A stretch of 64,000 bases of DNA from an uncultured Planctomycetales bacterium (GCA_964487685.1 CAZASA010000002.1:3611-67610); one strand, 5' to 3'; positions 36,498 through 47,170 are shown, counted from the first letter of the stretch. Notes: generated from the letters alone by a model not told the origin. Numbers and translations: made by a program.

Positions 36498-37412
36498 ATG
36501 GACCAAAAAGTCCGCAACGCCGCCATATTCAAAGATAATTTGCAAAACTTCTTTTTTGTCCTTCCAGCCTTTGCTATTTTCTGCATTTTTTACGTTTATC
36601 CTTTTTACAAAATGATCAATCTGTCCTTTTATGATTGGCGGGGGATCGGCGCCATGCATTTTATCGGGCTGTCGAATTACAAGGAATTGATGACCGATAA
36701 TCTCTGGTGGGATTCCATTTGGCACGCCGGCTACATCACGCTCATCGCCCTGACATTCCAGAACGCATTGGCCTTTGCCCTGGCGCTGGCCTGTGACAGG
36801 GAGATCCGCATGAAACGGTTTTACCGCGTGGTTTTCTTTATCCCGCCGGTGCTTTCCGAAGTCGTGGTCGGTCTTATCTTCAACTGGATATTGAACCCTG
36901 AAATGCAAAACGGCCAGTATATCGGGCTCTTGAATCATTTTTTATATACCACCGGCTTTCCCCAATTGGTCCACGACTGGCTGGGCGACCCCAGGACCGC
37001 GCTGACGACGATTGCCATTGTGCATAGCTGGAAAGGTTTCGGCTGGGGCTTTATCATGCTGTTGGCCGGATTACAGACCATTGACAAACAGCTTTATGAA
37101 GCGGCCAGGGTCGACGGGGCCAGTTCCTGGAAAACGTTCATGAACGTCACCATCCCCATGATGCTGCCGGTCATTTTGGTGGTGATGATCCTGACGATCT
37201 TAGGCTCCATGCAGGTTTTTGTATTGATCATTGCCATGGTCAATGAAGGGCTCGTCAATCACACCGATGTGCCGGTGACGCGGATTTTCTCGGCCATGCA
37301 GAACACCAACCGGTTTGGTTATGCCTGTGCCGAGGCGGTCATTTTCGGGATGATCCTGGTAGGAGTCTCTTTTATCATGAAAAGATTATCAGACAAGGTA
37401 AAGCAAGCATGA
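36498..37412 (+). CDS. Carbohydrate ABC transporter permease
   Basis: FIGLSNY, LYEAARVDGA EAA loop. Confidence 0.92.
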   Translation: MDQKVRNAAIFKDNLQNFFFVLPAFAIFCIFYVYPFYKMINLSFYDWRGIGAMHFIGLSNYKELMTDNLWWDSIWHAGYITLIALTFQNALAFALALACDREIRMKRFYRVVFFIPPVLSEVVVGLIFNWILNPEMQNGQYIGLLNHFLYTTGFPQLVHDWLGDPRTALTTIAIVHSWKGFGWGFIMLLAGLQTIDKQLYEAARVDGASSWKTFMNVTIPMMLPVILVVMILTILGSMQVFVLIIAMVNEGLVNHTDVPVTRIFSAMQNTNRFGYACAEAVIFGMILVGVSFIMKRLSDKVKQA

Positions 37413-38254
37413 AGTTCAACAGATATATTTTTTGGGGAACGGCCAAATCAACCTTCATCCATATTTTTTTGATGAGCGTTGCGTTGACCTGCCTGTTTCC
37501 CATCTTCTGGATGGTGCGTTGCGCGTTGATGACCAATGAAACAGTTTTTGTCGACAAGTCATTGATCCCGCATCATTTGAACCCCGGCAATTTCGCCGCT
37601 GCCTGGACCATGGGGAATTTTGCCGTCTATTTTTTAAACAGCGTCATTTACACGGTTTCTGTCGTGACCGGCATTGTCCTGATCTCGTCCCTCGCTGCGT
37701 TTGCTTTTTCGCGGCTGAAATTTCCCGGTAAAGACATTATTTTTTATATGTTTGTGGCGGCCATGATGATCCCTTTGCCGGGTTCATTTGTGGCCCTGTT
37801 CGTACTGATGACTAAACTGCATCTGGTCAATACCCGTATCGGTTATATCCTGTGCATGATCAATGTGGGGCTTTCCATGAGCATTTTATTGTTCAAGACT
37901 TTTTTTGACAAGATGCCCCATGAGCTGGAAGATGCCGCCCGCATCGACGGATGCGGCAAGATAGGTATCTGGTGGAACATGGCCATGCCCTTTGCGCGTC
38001 CGGCCATTGCCGTCATTGTGATCTTTAATTCTCTGAATGTTTGGAATGAGTATATCCTCTCCAATCTGCTTTTGGTCGACACCAAGTTGATGCCCTTACA
38101 AAGGGGCCTCGTGGTCTTTCAGGGGGCCAACAGCACGGATTATCCGGTCCTGATGGCGGGGCTGACAATGGCCGCGATACCCATTATTGTGATATACTTA
38201 CTTATGCAAAAACATATCGTCAAAGGCCTGTCGTCCGGAGAGGTGATAGGCTAA
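37409..38254 (+). CDS. Carbohydrate ABC transporter permease
   Basis: ELEDAARIDG, WNEY. Confidence 0.92.
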   Translation: MKFNRYIFWGTAKSTFIHIFLMSVALTCLFPIFWMVRCALMTNETVFVDKSLIPHHLNPGNFAAAWTMGNFAVYFLNSVIYTVSVVTGIVLISSLAAFAFSRLKFPGKDIIFYMFVAAMMIPLPGSFVALFVLMTKLHLVNTRIGYILCMINVGLSMSILLFKTFFDKMPHELEDAARIDGCGKIGIWWNMAMPFARPAIAVIVIFNSLNVWNEYILSNLLLVDTKLMPLQRGLVVFQGANSTDYPVLMAGLTMAAIPIIVIYLLMQKHIVKGLSSGEVIG

Positions 38255-40581
38255 TGCAAAGGATCTTTTGCGGCACATGCATTATTGCGCTTTTATTTTT
38301 GGCGGCACCTTGTGCCCATGCCCAGCCTGACCAGGGTGTCGACACGACGGTCGCGAACCGCAGCACCACCGAGATCGTACGTTTAGCCTGGGAAGCTTCC
38401 AACAAGGACAATTTGGCGGATATATCAGCCCTGGTCGAAGAAATATTAAGGGATTACGGGAACCAGGCCAAGATCTTGGCCGCCCAATTGGACCAGTTCC
38501 CTCCCCGGGACAGGTTCAACGAATATAAGGTGATGTCCGACGTAGCGACGACCCTGTTCATCAAAGCGGAAACCTTGATGCGCCAGGGAAAGAACAAAGA
38601 AGCGATCAAAGAATTTAAAGGCATTATTGCCCAATATCCCTGGGCCCAGAATTTCGATCCCAGCCGCGGTTCATACTGGTCGGTGGCGGATAAATCCCAA
38701 TCATCCATTGATATGATGGAAGGCAAAGACCCTTCAGCACAGCTTGCTGCCAGTAACATCCCCAAGACCCTTCCCCAACTGAAATTCCAGGGGACAGAAG
38801 ATGTCATTGATTGGACGAAATTCGGTAATTTCCTTAATGTGGGCACTAAAAACTACCATTATCAAATCACCGACCAGGCAGGCTTAGCGGCGGCGATGGG
38901 AGAGGGCATATATCCCAACATATCCGATGTGTATAGAGACCCTGGTTACAAAATGATCATGAAAGCAGGCCGTCTGCGGGGAAGCCATTGGGACTTTACC
39001 AACACGACAGACCTGCAAGCGGCATTTTATAAATGGGTGACCGCGCCCGAATCCAGGGGGGTCCAATTATTTTATACCGGTGAGATCTTTGAAAAAGCAG
39101 GGATGTATAAAAAAGCGATCAAGGCCTACGATGCTCTTGTCGTGCTTTTTCCGTCGACGATAGCCTGGACCTATTGGCAGACCCCGTGGTATCCCGGCCA
39201 GGCGGCGGTGGCTAAGATCCAGTATTTGATCCGTATCCATCCGGAATTGGGGCTGGATTATAAAGGCGGCAAGATCCGCATCGTCAACCCTGATAATGAT
39301 CCGCATGAATATGTGACGATCACCGATCCGGGTACGATCATTAAATTAAGCGATGACCAGATAGCTGTGCAAAAAGCAAACCCGCACCCTAAAAAAACGT
39401 CACTTGGCGCTCCGGTCTATTTTTCGGGCAAGGGGCAGGTGCGGTTTGTCAAATTTGAGAACGGCAACTGGCAATTATGGGTGGACAATAAACCATTCTT
39501 TATCAAGGGAATGGCGTATATGCCAACCAGGGTGGGGCAAAGTCCTGATGACGGCACCATGGTCGACTGGATGAAGGAAGATGACGATCACAATGGCATC
39601 ATTGACGCGCCTTATGAAGCGTGGGTGGATAAATATGGTGACAACAAGCGCCACTCCGACGAGCCGAAAGTGGGTGATTTTTACCTGATGAAGGAGATGG
39701 GGGTCAACACCCTGCGCATTTATTATCAGACCTATATGAAATCCGACAAGGCCTTCTTAGAAAAGATGTACCGGGAATACGGGTTGAAGGTGGCGATGAG
39801 CAATTTTATCGGCAAGTACGCTATCGGTTCAGGGGCGACTTGGACCGAAGGTACCGATTACGAAAATCCCGAGCAGCAGAAGAACATGTTGAAATATATC
39901 CGCGAGATGGTCAATGAATTTAAGGATGAGCCCTATATCCTGATGTGGATCTTGGGGAATGAAAATAATTATGGTGTTGCTTCCAATGCGAACAGGAAAC
40001 CTGAGGCATACTATCAATTTGTCAATGAAGCGGCGAAGATGATCAAGTCGATCGACCCCAACCATCCGGTAGCGATCTGTAACGGGGACACCTTGTTCCT
40101 GGATAAATTCGGAAAATATGCCCCTGATGTTGATGCTTATGGGGCGAATGTCTATCGCGGGGACTATGGGTTCGGGTCATTCTGGGACGATGTTAAAGAA
40201 CTGGCCGACAAGCCGGCGTTCATCACCGAGTACGGGGCCCCTTCTTTCGCGCTGACCATGAACTACAACGATTCCCAGCAAGCACAGGCGGATTATCATA
40301 AAGGCAATTGGCTCGACATCCTCTATAACAGCGCCGGTTACGTCGATGGTGCAGGAAATTCCGTCGGTGGCATGGCTTTTGAATGGCTGGATGAATGGTG
40401 GAAGAATTATTCTCCTGCCATCCATGACACCAAGGCCGATGCGATAGGCCCTTTTCCGGGCGGGTATTATTTTGAGGAGTGGTTTGGCATATTCGGCCAG
40501 GGAGACGGCTCACAAAGCCCGTACTTGCGCGAAGGTAGGAAAGTGTATTATACTTATAAGGAGCTTTGGAAGGAACAATGA
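38254..40581 (+). CDS. Secreted protein: TPR-like helical region + clan GH-A (GH2-like TIM barrel) glycoside hydrolase
   Basis: Signal peptide; PFFIKGMAY, MGVNTLRIY, WILGNE (acid/base), FITEYG (nucleophile), FEWLDEWWK, EEWFGI. Confidence 0.8.
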   Translation: MQRIFCGTCIIALLFLAAPCAHAQPDQGVDTTVANRSTTEIVRLAWEASNKDNLADISALVEEILRDYGNQAKILAAQLDQFPPRDRFNEYKVMSDVATTLFIKAETLMRQGKNKEAIKEFKGIIAQYPWAQNFDPSRGSYWSVADKSQSSIDMMEGKDPSAQLAASNIPKTLPQLKFQGTEDVIDWTKFGNFLNVGTKNYHYQITDQAGLAAAMGEGIYPNISDVYRDPGYKMIMKAGRLRGSHWDFTNTTDLQAAFYKWVTAPESRGVQLFYTGEIFEKAGMYKKAIKAYDALVVLFPSTIAWTYWQTPWYPGQAAVAKIQYLIRIHPELGLDYKGGKIRIVNPDNDPHEYVTITDPGTIIKLSDDQIAVQKANPHPKKTSLGAPVYFSGKGQVRFVKFENGNWQLWVDNKPFFIKGMAYMPTRVGQSPDDGTMVDWMKEDDDHNGIIDAPYEAWVDKYGDNKRHSDEPKVGDFYLMKEMGVNTLRIYYQTYMKSDKAFLEKMYREYGLKVAMSNFIGKYAIGSGATWTEGTDYENPEQQKNMLKYIREMVNEFKDEPYILMWILGNENNYGVASNANRKPEAYYQFVNEAAKMIKSIDPNHPVAICNGDTLFLDKFGKYAPDVDAYGANVYRGDYGFGSFWDDVKELADKPAFITEYGAPSFALTMNYNDSQQAQADYHKGNWLDILYNSAGYVDGAGNSVGGMAFEWLDEWWKNYSPAIHDTKADAIGPFPGGYYFEEWFGIFGQGDGSQSPYLREGRKVYYTYKELWKEQ

Positions 40582-40653
40582 AGGGCTATAGGGTGCTCTG
40601 CATTTATGTAAATCTGTTTTCACCCCAGTGGGAACGTAACTAGGAGGAAGGTA

Positions 40654-41622
40654 ATGAAAAAATGGTTAGGGTTTTTAATTGTTGCAACATTTGGCCTATG
40701 CGCGATGAATGTTTTCGCGGATGACCAGGGCGCAGCGAGTGCCGCAAAAATGGCTGCGGAGACGCAACCGGCACCGGTTCCAGGGGGCGATGCTGGTCAG
40801 GCACCCATGGCTGCTCCTGCAGCTGCGATGAAAGCACCGATCAATTTTGGGGATTTCCGTTCCTCAACCTTGGTCACTAAGGCATGGAATGCATTGGCTC
40901 AAAATGATATTGAGTCAGTACTCGCGTACACTAATAAATGCATCTCACTTTATGCGGCCAAGGCCGGTGAAATGCAGACAAGTTTAAAGGACTACGTCAC
41001 CGGCACCAATGATGATATATTCAAATATTGGGCCCTTAATGATGTGGCTACCAGCTACTACATTCAAGGAGAGGCGTATCGTGCTGCAAACATGAAGGAT
41101 GAGGCCAAAGAAGCCTATAATAAATTGATCAAGGATTATAGTTTTGGCCAGACATGGGACACCAAGGGCTGGTTCTGGAAACCTGCCGAAGCCGCCAAAG
41201 AAAAGTTAAGCATGATCGCTTCCGGTGTCAGTTGGGATTTTGGTGATTATTCTTCAAGCACCTTGGTCCAGAAGGCATGGGCAGCGTTGGCAGCCAATGA
41301 TCTTAAGGGCGTGCAGGCGTATGTCAATAAGACCCTGGAGTTATACGCCGCAAAAGCCAAAGAGATGCAAGGCTCGTTGAAGGAATATCCCTGGGAATCC
41401 AAAGAAAAGACATTCGGCTATTGGGCCCTTAATGATGTCGGGACAGGCTTGTTTATTTTAGGTGAAGCTTATCAAAATGCAGGCAAAAAAGATGATGCTA
41501 CTGCCGCATACAAGAGAGTCATTAATGAGTTCTTCTATTCTCAATGCTGGGATCCGGGTGGCTGGTTCTGGAAACCTGCCGAAGCAGCACAGCAGAAATT
41601 AGGCGAGTTGGATAACGTATAG
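40654..41622 (+). CDS. Secreted protein with two 131-aa TPR-like tandem repeats
   Basis: FGD.SSTLV.KAW.AL...YWALNDV...WD..GWFWKPAEAA twice; Ala/Pro-rich linker. Confidence 0.8.
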   Translation: MKKWLGFLIVATFGLCAMNVFADDQGAASAAKMAAETQPAPVPGGDAGQAPMAAPAAAMKAPINFGDFRSSTLVTKAWNALAQNDIESVLAYTNKCISLYAAKAGEMQTSLKDYVTGTNDDIFKYWALNDVATSYYIQGEAYRAANMKDEAKEAYNKLIKDYSFGQTWDTKGWFWKPAEAAKEKLSMIASGVSWDFGDYSSSTLVQKAWAALAANDLKGVQAYVNKTLELYAAKAKEMQGSLKEYPWESKEKTFGYWALNDVGTGLFILGEAYQNAGKKDDATAAYKRVINEFFYSQCWDPGGWFWKPAEAAQQKLGELDNV

Positions 41623-41626
41623 TTGA

Positions 41627-41669
41627 TAAATGGTGACGTCTACCAAAAATAGGTAGACGTCACCATTTA
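41627..41669. repeat. Solo inverted dimer of the R2 (RAYT-flanking) repeat
   Basis: TAAATGGTGACGTCTACC-AAAAATA-GGTAGACGTCACCATTTA. Confidence 0.9.
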
Positions 41670-41710
41670 CTAAATTTCTTCGTAATTTCCCCCTAGAGAT
41701 ACCAAGAAAG

Positions 41711-42337
41711 ATGAAGATGAACGTAGTCAGGTATTTTTTTATTTTGCTTGTTTTTGTCCCGTGCATGTCCCGCGCCCAGGACAGCGACATCTCCGGCGAT
41801 GACCAAGCCAAGTCCTTTCAACCTTTTGTCGTCTACCAGGATAAAGGGTCGATCAACCGCTTTGTGCCTTCAGGCTATATGCCGACCGGCGAATGCATCA
41901 AAATGGACGACGCCTGGAGGGACAATTGCCAGGAAGGTAAGACCTGTATCAAGAACATTTATGATATTGCCTGCTCGCTCAAAGGCCGGCATTGGGCAGG
42001 GATCTATTGGCTTCATCCCGCCGACAATTGGGGCGACAGGAAGGGCGGGTTTAATTTGACCGGTGCCAAGAAATTGACATTTTGGGCCCGCGGGGACAAT
42101 GGCGGCGAGAAGATCTCAGAGTTCAGGATTGGCGGAGTTGGCCAAGGCCGGGATTATCCTGACTCTGACACAGCCTCTATAGGGCCTGTGATTCTGTCCA
42201 AACAATGGAAAAAATATGAGATCGACCTGCGTGACAAAGACCTGACCTATATCAGCGGAGGCTTTGCCTGGATCGCCAATGTTGATGATAATCCTACCAC
42301 CTGCACCTTTTATCTAGATAACATCCAATACGAATAA
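41711..42337 (+). CDS. Secreted galactose-binding-like/CBM-like domain protein
   Basis: PSGYM, WAGIYW..P..NWG...G.NLTGAKKLTFWARG, WKKYEIDL, FYLDNI.YE. Confidence 0.7.
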   Translation: MKMNVVRYFFILLVFVPCMSRAQDSDISGDDQAKSFQPFVVYQDKGSINRFVPSGYMPTGECIKMDDAWRDNCQEGKTCIKNIYDIACSLKGRHWAGIYWLHPADNWGDRKGGFNLTGAKKLTFWARGDNGGEKISEFRIGGVGQGRDYPDSDTASIGPVILSKQWKKYEIDLRDKDLTYISGGFAWIANVDDNPTTCTFYLDNIQYE

Positions 42338-42424
42338 TAGGCAAAATTGTTTTGAATTCTCTTGTATTGAAGCTAATGCTTTGATATATTTTGTATTATA
42401 TCAATGAAAGGCTAAGGAGAAAAT

Positions 42425-43735
42425 ATGTCGATAGCTGTGCGCGTTAGTGTTTGGATATTAGGAGTGCTTGTTGTGGTCAGTGCTGCGGTCGCGGTATTGG
42501 CGTTGGTGCAAAAGCAAACACTGCAAGGACAGAACCAGAGCCTCCATTCTCAAATTACCGACTATCAAATGAAGTTGGAGAATTTAAATTCGACGGTCAA
42601 AAAATTAAATGATACCGCAGACCAGCTCAATAGCAAAATTTCCCAGTCGCAACAAGACAAGGCTCAGTTACAAAGCCTGAATGACACCTTAAAACAAAAA
42701 TCCGACGACCTGCAAAACCAGTTGAACCAGGCCGGTTCCGACCGGGATGATTGGAAAAACAGGGTCGATACCTTAAGCCATGAACGCGATGCGTTGATGG
42801 AAAAATTAAAGAACCCTCCTGTCAAGATCGTTTACAAGGACCGTATCGTCTATAAAACCGCACCTGCCGGCGATGATGATGCTTCTAATCCGTCGGGCGT
42901 CAGTGTCGGGCAGGGCGATCAGTATTGGGCTTCCGTATTGAAGCAGAAGGCAGCACTCCAGCTTGAGATCGATAAACAGAAAAACCAATTGGACGAAGCT
43001 GCCTTGCAGGTGGTAGAGCTTAAGAAACAAAATTCCGACCTGGAATTGGAGATCAAGCAGATCGGTAATGAGAAGGATGAGATCAACCAAAAGATAAAAT
43101 ATGGACAGGATTTGGCCGATAACCTGGCCATTGATCTTGCCCGCTCACGCAATGACCAGAAAGCGGTCAATGACCGCGCCGATAAACTTAAAGGCGAGAA
43201 CCTGGATTTGCTTTCCCAGATCAGGGCTTTGACCTCAACGAAGGTCGACCTTGAAAAGACTATTTCTCGCCTGACCGATGACAAAGACGCGATGCAAAAG
43301 AAATTGATCGAGACGGAGAGCATCATTCAAAGCCGTATCGATGATATCTGGAAGATCAAGTCAAGCCTGGACAAGAAACTTTCCCAGAACATGGCTTCAA
43401 TACCTTCTTCGCCTTCCTCATCAGGCAGCGGCAGCATGGAATTACCTCCGATCATTGTCAATGCCGCCGGCCAGCAACAGGACGCCGCAGCATCTGCGCC
43501 TGCAGGGATGAGGACAGAGGGGGCGATCATCAGCATGAACGACACCAATAATTTCGTCATCGTGGATCTTGGCCAGAGCAATAGTGCTGTGAGCGTCGGC
43601 AATAGCCTCAAGGTCTATCGCGGATCAAATGTCATTGCCGACCTGGAGGTCATCCAGGTCCGTCGTGAGATCTGTGCCGCGGATATCAAGGACAAGACCG
43701 CTGACCTTAAAGTCGGGGATGTCGTAAAGATGTAA
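42425..43735 (+). CDS. Membrane-anchored long coiled-coil protein with C-terminal beta domain
   Basis: N-terminal TM, two heptad regions, ELPPIIV linker, NFVIVDLG...VGD beta-rich end. Confidence 0.7.
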   Translation: MSIAVRVSVWILGVLVVVSAAVAVLALVQKQTLQGQNQSLHSQITDYQMKLENLNSTVKKLNDTADQLNSKISQSQQDKAQLQSLNDTLKQKSDDLQNQLNQAGSDRDDWKNRVDTLSHERDALMEKLKNPPVKIVYKDRIVYKTAPAGDDDASNPSGVSVGQGDQYWASVLKQKAALQLEIDKQKNQLDEAALQVVELKKQNSDLELEIKQIGNEKDEINQKIKYGQDLADNLAIDLARSRNDQKAVNDRADKLKGENLDLLSQIRALTSTKVDLEKTISRLTDDKDAMQKKLIETESIIQSRIDDIWKIKSSLDKKLSQNMASIPSSPSSSGSGSMELPPIIVNAAGQQQDAAASAPAGMRTEGAIISMNDTNNFVIVDLGQSNSAVSVGNSLKVYRGSNVIADLEVIQVRREICAADIKDKTADLKVGDVVKM

Positions 43736-43770
43736 TTTTAGTCTAACCTTTTCATTCGTTTGATCACACC

Positions 43771-44778
43771 GTGGTTGAAAAAAAAATAAGCATAACAGAT
43801 GTCGCCCGCAAGGCCAATGTATCCATCACGACAGTCTCTCGCGTCCTTAACAAAGTCCCCACCGTCAATAAAGAGATCGCCCAGCGTGTCGAGCAGGTCA
43901 TCAGCGAGCTTAAGTTCCGCCCTAATCCAACGGCCCAGCGCCTGGCCAAAGGTATCCAGAATACGGCTGTCGGTTTTGTCATTCCCGGTTATCCGGGCAT
44001 TTTCCATTCTTTCTATGCCGTTGAGCTGATGCGCGGCATCGGCCATGGCTGTGAGACCTTAAGGCTCGATTTGATCTTCCATATTACAGACGGGAGCAAT
44101 CCATTAAGGTCAAATTTTGCCGGCGGCCTTATTTTTGCGGACATCATCGAGAATTTGCCCCAGGTCGAGACCGCTGTCCGTGAGGGCACGCCCTGCCTGG
44201 TCATCAACCATATTGTCAAAGACCTCAAGGTCAGTTATATCGCGGTGGACAATGTCAAAGGCGGTTTTACCGCCGCGGAATACCTGATCAATTTAGGCCA
44301 TAAGCGTATCGCCACCATCACCGGCAATATGCAGACCCAGGCCGGCATCGACCGTTTTGAAGGTTTCCAGAAGGCCCTCAAAGAGCACGATATTGATTGC
44401 CCGCCGGATTATGTGTATAAGGGAGACTATTCCCGCCGTTCGGCCCGTCAAGCCGCGGAACGTTTTTTCTCCCTGGAAAACCCGCCGACCGCGATCTTCG
44501 CCGCCAGCGATGAGATGGCCCTTGAGGTCATTTCGGTCGCCATGGAAAACGGCATCAAGGTGCCGGAAGATATTTCCATCATCGGATTTGACGATAACCC
44601 CGCGGGACTTTTTGGGCCCGTGGGATTGACCACGATCAAACAGCCCTTGTTTGCCATGGGTGAAGAGGCCACCAAGGTCATTTATGAGATCATGACAGGC
44701 AAGCAAGAAGGCCTCATCCACAAAGTCCTTTCTCCGGATCTCATCATCCGCGAATCCTGCGCCGAACCCTCTTCGTAA
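43771..44778 (+). CDS. LacI family transcriptional regulator
   Basis: ITDVARKANVSITTVSRVLN HTH; PEDISIIGFDD, LTTIKQP. Confidence 0.95.
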   Translation: MVEKKISITDVARKANVSITTVSRVLNKVPTVNKEIAQRVEQVISELKFRPNPTAQRLAKGIQNTAVGFVIPGYPGIFHSFYAVELMRGIGHGCETLRLDLIFHITDGSNPLRSNFAGGLIFADIIENLPQVETAVREGTPCLVINHIVKDLKVSYIAVDNVKGGFTAAEYLINLGHKRIATITGNMQTQAGIDRFEGFQKALKEHDIDCPPDYVYKGDYSRRSARQAAERFFSLENPPTAIFAASDEMALEVISVAMENGIKVPEDISIIGFDDNPAGLFGPVGLTTIKQPLFAMGEEATKVIYEIMTGKQEGLIHKVLSPDLIIRESCAEPSS

Positions 44779-44823
44779 CGCACGCCATTTTAAATATAAA
44801 TTTATTAATTTTGAGTGCACGTC

Positions 44824-44925
44824 GAGATGAAGAACTATTATATATTCGGCACGGGATATTTTCGCCTTGCGTACTTTTGGCGAAAAATCCCTTAATGTGC
44901 CGAATATATAATAGTTCTTCATCTC
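44824..44925. repeat. 102-bp hairpin element with perfect 29-bp arms
   Basis: GAGATGAAGAACTATTATATATTCGGCAC (44824-44852) and exact reverse complement (44897-44925); inner GGGAT-TTTTCGCC stem. Confidence 0.85.
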
Positions 44926-44971
44926 TAGACGCATGTAAATAAGTAATAATTCTCTTCGAAACATGCGGATA

Positions 44972-45197
44972 GCTAACGGCTAAATTTATTGTTTCGCAGC
45001 GACTTGTCATTTTTAGTCAAAAGTTTCTTGTTGTTCCGGGAATCCTGAGGCTTTTTCGCCGAAGGATGGCTGAACATGATCGAGCCTTGTCCGCCAGAGG
45101 CGGATAAGGCGAGTTGTTCAGCCACCGGAACAACAGAAAAACTTTTGACGTTAAAAAAATGACCCAGGAGCAAGAAGCAATAAATTTAGCCGTTAGC
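44972..45197. mobile_element. 226-bp MITE-like foldback element with perfect 20-bp terminal inverted repeats
   Basis: GCTAACGGCTAAATTTATTG...CAATAAATTTAGCCGTTAGC; pairing continues inward; apical TCCGCCAGAGGCGGA hairpin. Confidence 0.7.
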
Positions 45198-45270
45198 GCC
45201 CGTAGAGTTTAGATTGTATAGAGCGCGTTATTGTTGACAATCGTCGCATTTCAGGGTATTTTAGTGCCTT

Positions 45271-47154
45271 ATGAATTCATTTGATTGTATCGTTATAGGA
45301 GCAGGACATGCGGGGGTTGAGGCGGCTTTGAGTGCGGCCCGTATGGGGCTTAAGGTCGCTATGGTGACCCTATCTCAAGAGACCATAGGCCAGATGAGCT
45401 GTAACCCTGCCATCGGCGGGGTTGGTAAGGGGCAATTGGTCAAGGAGATCGATGCCTTGGGCGGCCAGATGGGTTTGGCGGCTGATTGCACGGGTATTCA
45501 GTTCCGCCAGCTCAACGCTTCCAAAGGCCAGGCTGTCCGTTCTTCCCGCTGTCAATCCGACCGCAAACAATACCGTTTATATATGAAGCAGGTGGTCTTA
45601 AACCAACCCAATCTCGTTGTCATCGAAGATAAGGTCATTGAGCTCTTGGTGGAATCTGGGGAGGTTAAAGGTCTTGTAACCGCTGGCGGCCTGCATTTAC
45701 AATCTCCGACAGTGGTTATCACCACCGGTACTTTTTTAGACGGGCGAATTCATATGGGGACACAGATCGTCTCCGGCGGCCGCATCGGTGAGCAGGCCTC
45801 CCAACGGCTTGCCCATTCCATCCGTGATCTTGGTTTTGAGGTGTTGATGTTCAAGACCGGCACACCGCCCAGGCTTGATGGACGTACCATTGATTTTACA
45901 CATATGGAACGACAGGATTCGGATGACCCGATCCTGCCGTTTTCTTTCAGGACACCTTTTATTGCACAGGACCGCAAACTTTTGCCATGTTTCATTACGC
46001 GTACGACCGAAGAGACCCATGATATCATCCGTGCCAATTTCCATTTATCGCCGATGTATTCCGGCCAGATCAAGGCCACCGGTGTCCGTTATTGCCCCTC
46101 CATCGAAGACAAATTAAAAAAATTCGCCCACCGCTCGTCCCATCATGTTTTCCTGGAGCCTGAAGGGCTGGACACATTTGAATATTATCCAAACGGTATT
46201 TCGACCGGTCTTCCGGCTGATGTACAAGAGAAAATGGTCCATTCCATCCCGGGCCTAGAGAAGGCCGTGATGGTGCGTCCGGGCTATTCCATTGAGCATG
46301 GGGTAGTGCCGGCCACCGAATTGAAACCAACGCTCGAGACCAAGAAGGTCAAAGGATTATATTTGGCAGGCCAGATCAATGGTACCACCGGATATGAAGA
46401 AGCCGGCGCCCAAGGATTGATCGCTGGGATCAACGCTGCTTTACAGGTGCAAAACAAAGAGCCGTTCATCTTGGGCCGCCACGAATCTTATATCGGGGTC
46501 TTGATCGATGATCTGACCACCAAGGGCACTGAGGAGCCTTACCGGATGTTCACCTCGAGGGTGGAATACCGCCTGATCGTGCGTGAGGACAATGCGGACA
46601 AGCGTTTGTCATCTTATGGGTATAAGTTCGGGTTATTATCTGACCAGGACAACCAAAAAATAATGGAGAAATATTCAGCGATCAACGATGAGATCGAACA
46701 TTTACGCAGTACCAAGATCCCGCCAGGAACACCCTTGGATGAGATTTTAAAGAATGCCGCCAGTGCCCCTTTGCAGCAGTCTGTCTCCTTGTATGATCTG
46801 CTTAAAAGGCCGGAGATCAATTATGATATGATCTCGGGCTTTGACGGCACCTTAAAGGACCTAGGCCGTCAGGTGATCGCCCAGGTTGAATATGAGATCA
46901 AATATGAAGGTTTTATCCATCGTCAGCAAAAAGAAGTGGAAAAATTCCGGCATATCGAATATATCCGTATCCCTGAGGGTTTTGATTTTAAGGAGATCCC
47001 GGGGCTTTCCAAAGAGATCGTCGAGAAACTTAACCGTTTTAATCCCGTCACCCTAGGACAAGCTAACCGGATATCCGGTGTGACCCCTTCAGCGATCACC
47101 GTATTGATGGTTTATTTAAAAAAATGGAATGCAGCAAAAAAAGACAAACTTTAA
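45271..47154 (+). CDS. mnmG: tRNA uridine 5-carboxymethylaminomethyl modification enzyme
   Basis: [43 protein letters not shown]. Confidence 0.97.
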   Translation: MNSFDCIVIGAGHAGVEAALSAARMGLKVAMVTLSQETIGQMSCNPAIGGVGKGQLVKEIDALGGQMGLAADCTGIQFRQLNASKGQAVRSSRCQSDRKQYRLYMKQVVLNQPNLVVIEDKVIELLVESGEVKGLVTAGGLHLQSPTVVITTGTFLDGRIHMGTQIVSGGRIGEQASQRLAHSIRDLGFEVLMFKTGTPPRLDGRTIDFTHMERQDSDDPILPFSFRTPFIAQDRKLLPCFITRTTEETHDIIRANFHLSPMYSGQIKATGVRYCPSIEDKLKKFAHRSSHHVFLEPEGLDTFEYYPNGISTGLPADVQEKMVHSIPGLEKAVMVRPGYSIEHGVVPATELKPTLETKKVKGLYLAGQINGTTGYEEAGAQGLIAGINAALQVQNKEPFILGRHESYIGVLIDDLTTKGTEEPYRMFTSRVEYRLIVREDNADKRLSSYGYKFGLLSDQDNQKIMEKYSAINDEIEHLRSTKIPPGTPLDEILKNAASAPLQQSVSLYDLLKRPEINYDMISGFDGTLKDLGRQVIAQVEYEIKYEGFIHRQQKEVEKFRHIEYIRIPEGFDFKEIPGLSKEIVEKLNRFNPVTLGQANRISGVTPSAITVLMVYLKKWNAAKKDKL

Positions 47155-47170
47155 CCGGGAGAGATCACTC

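Noticed and set aside
44973-45173. Small ORFs over foldback elements (also 4708-4926, 7503-7712)
   Set aside because: Translations of palindromic repeats (WIPAFAGMT, SASGG), not credible proteins
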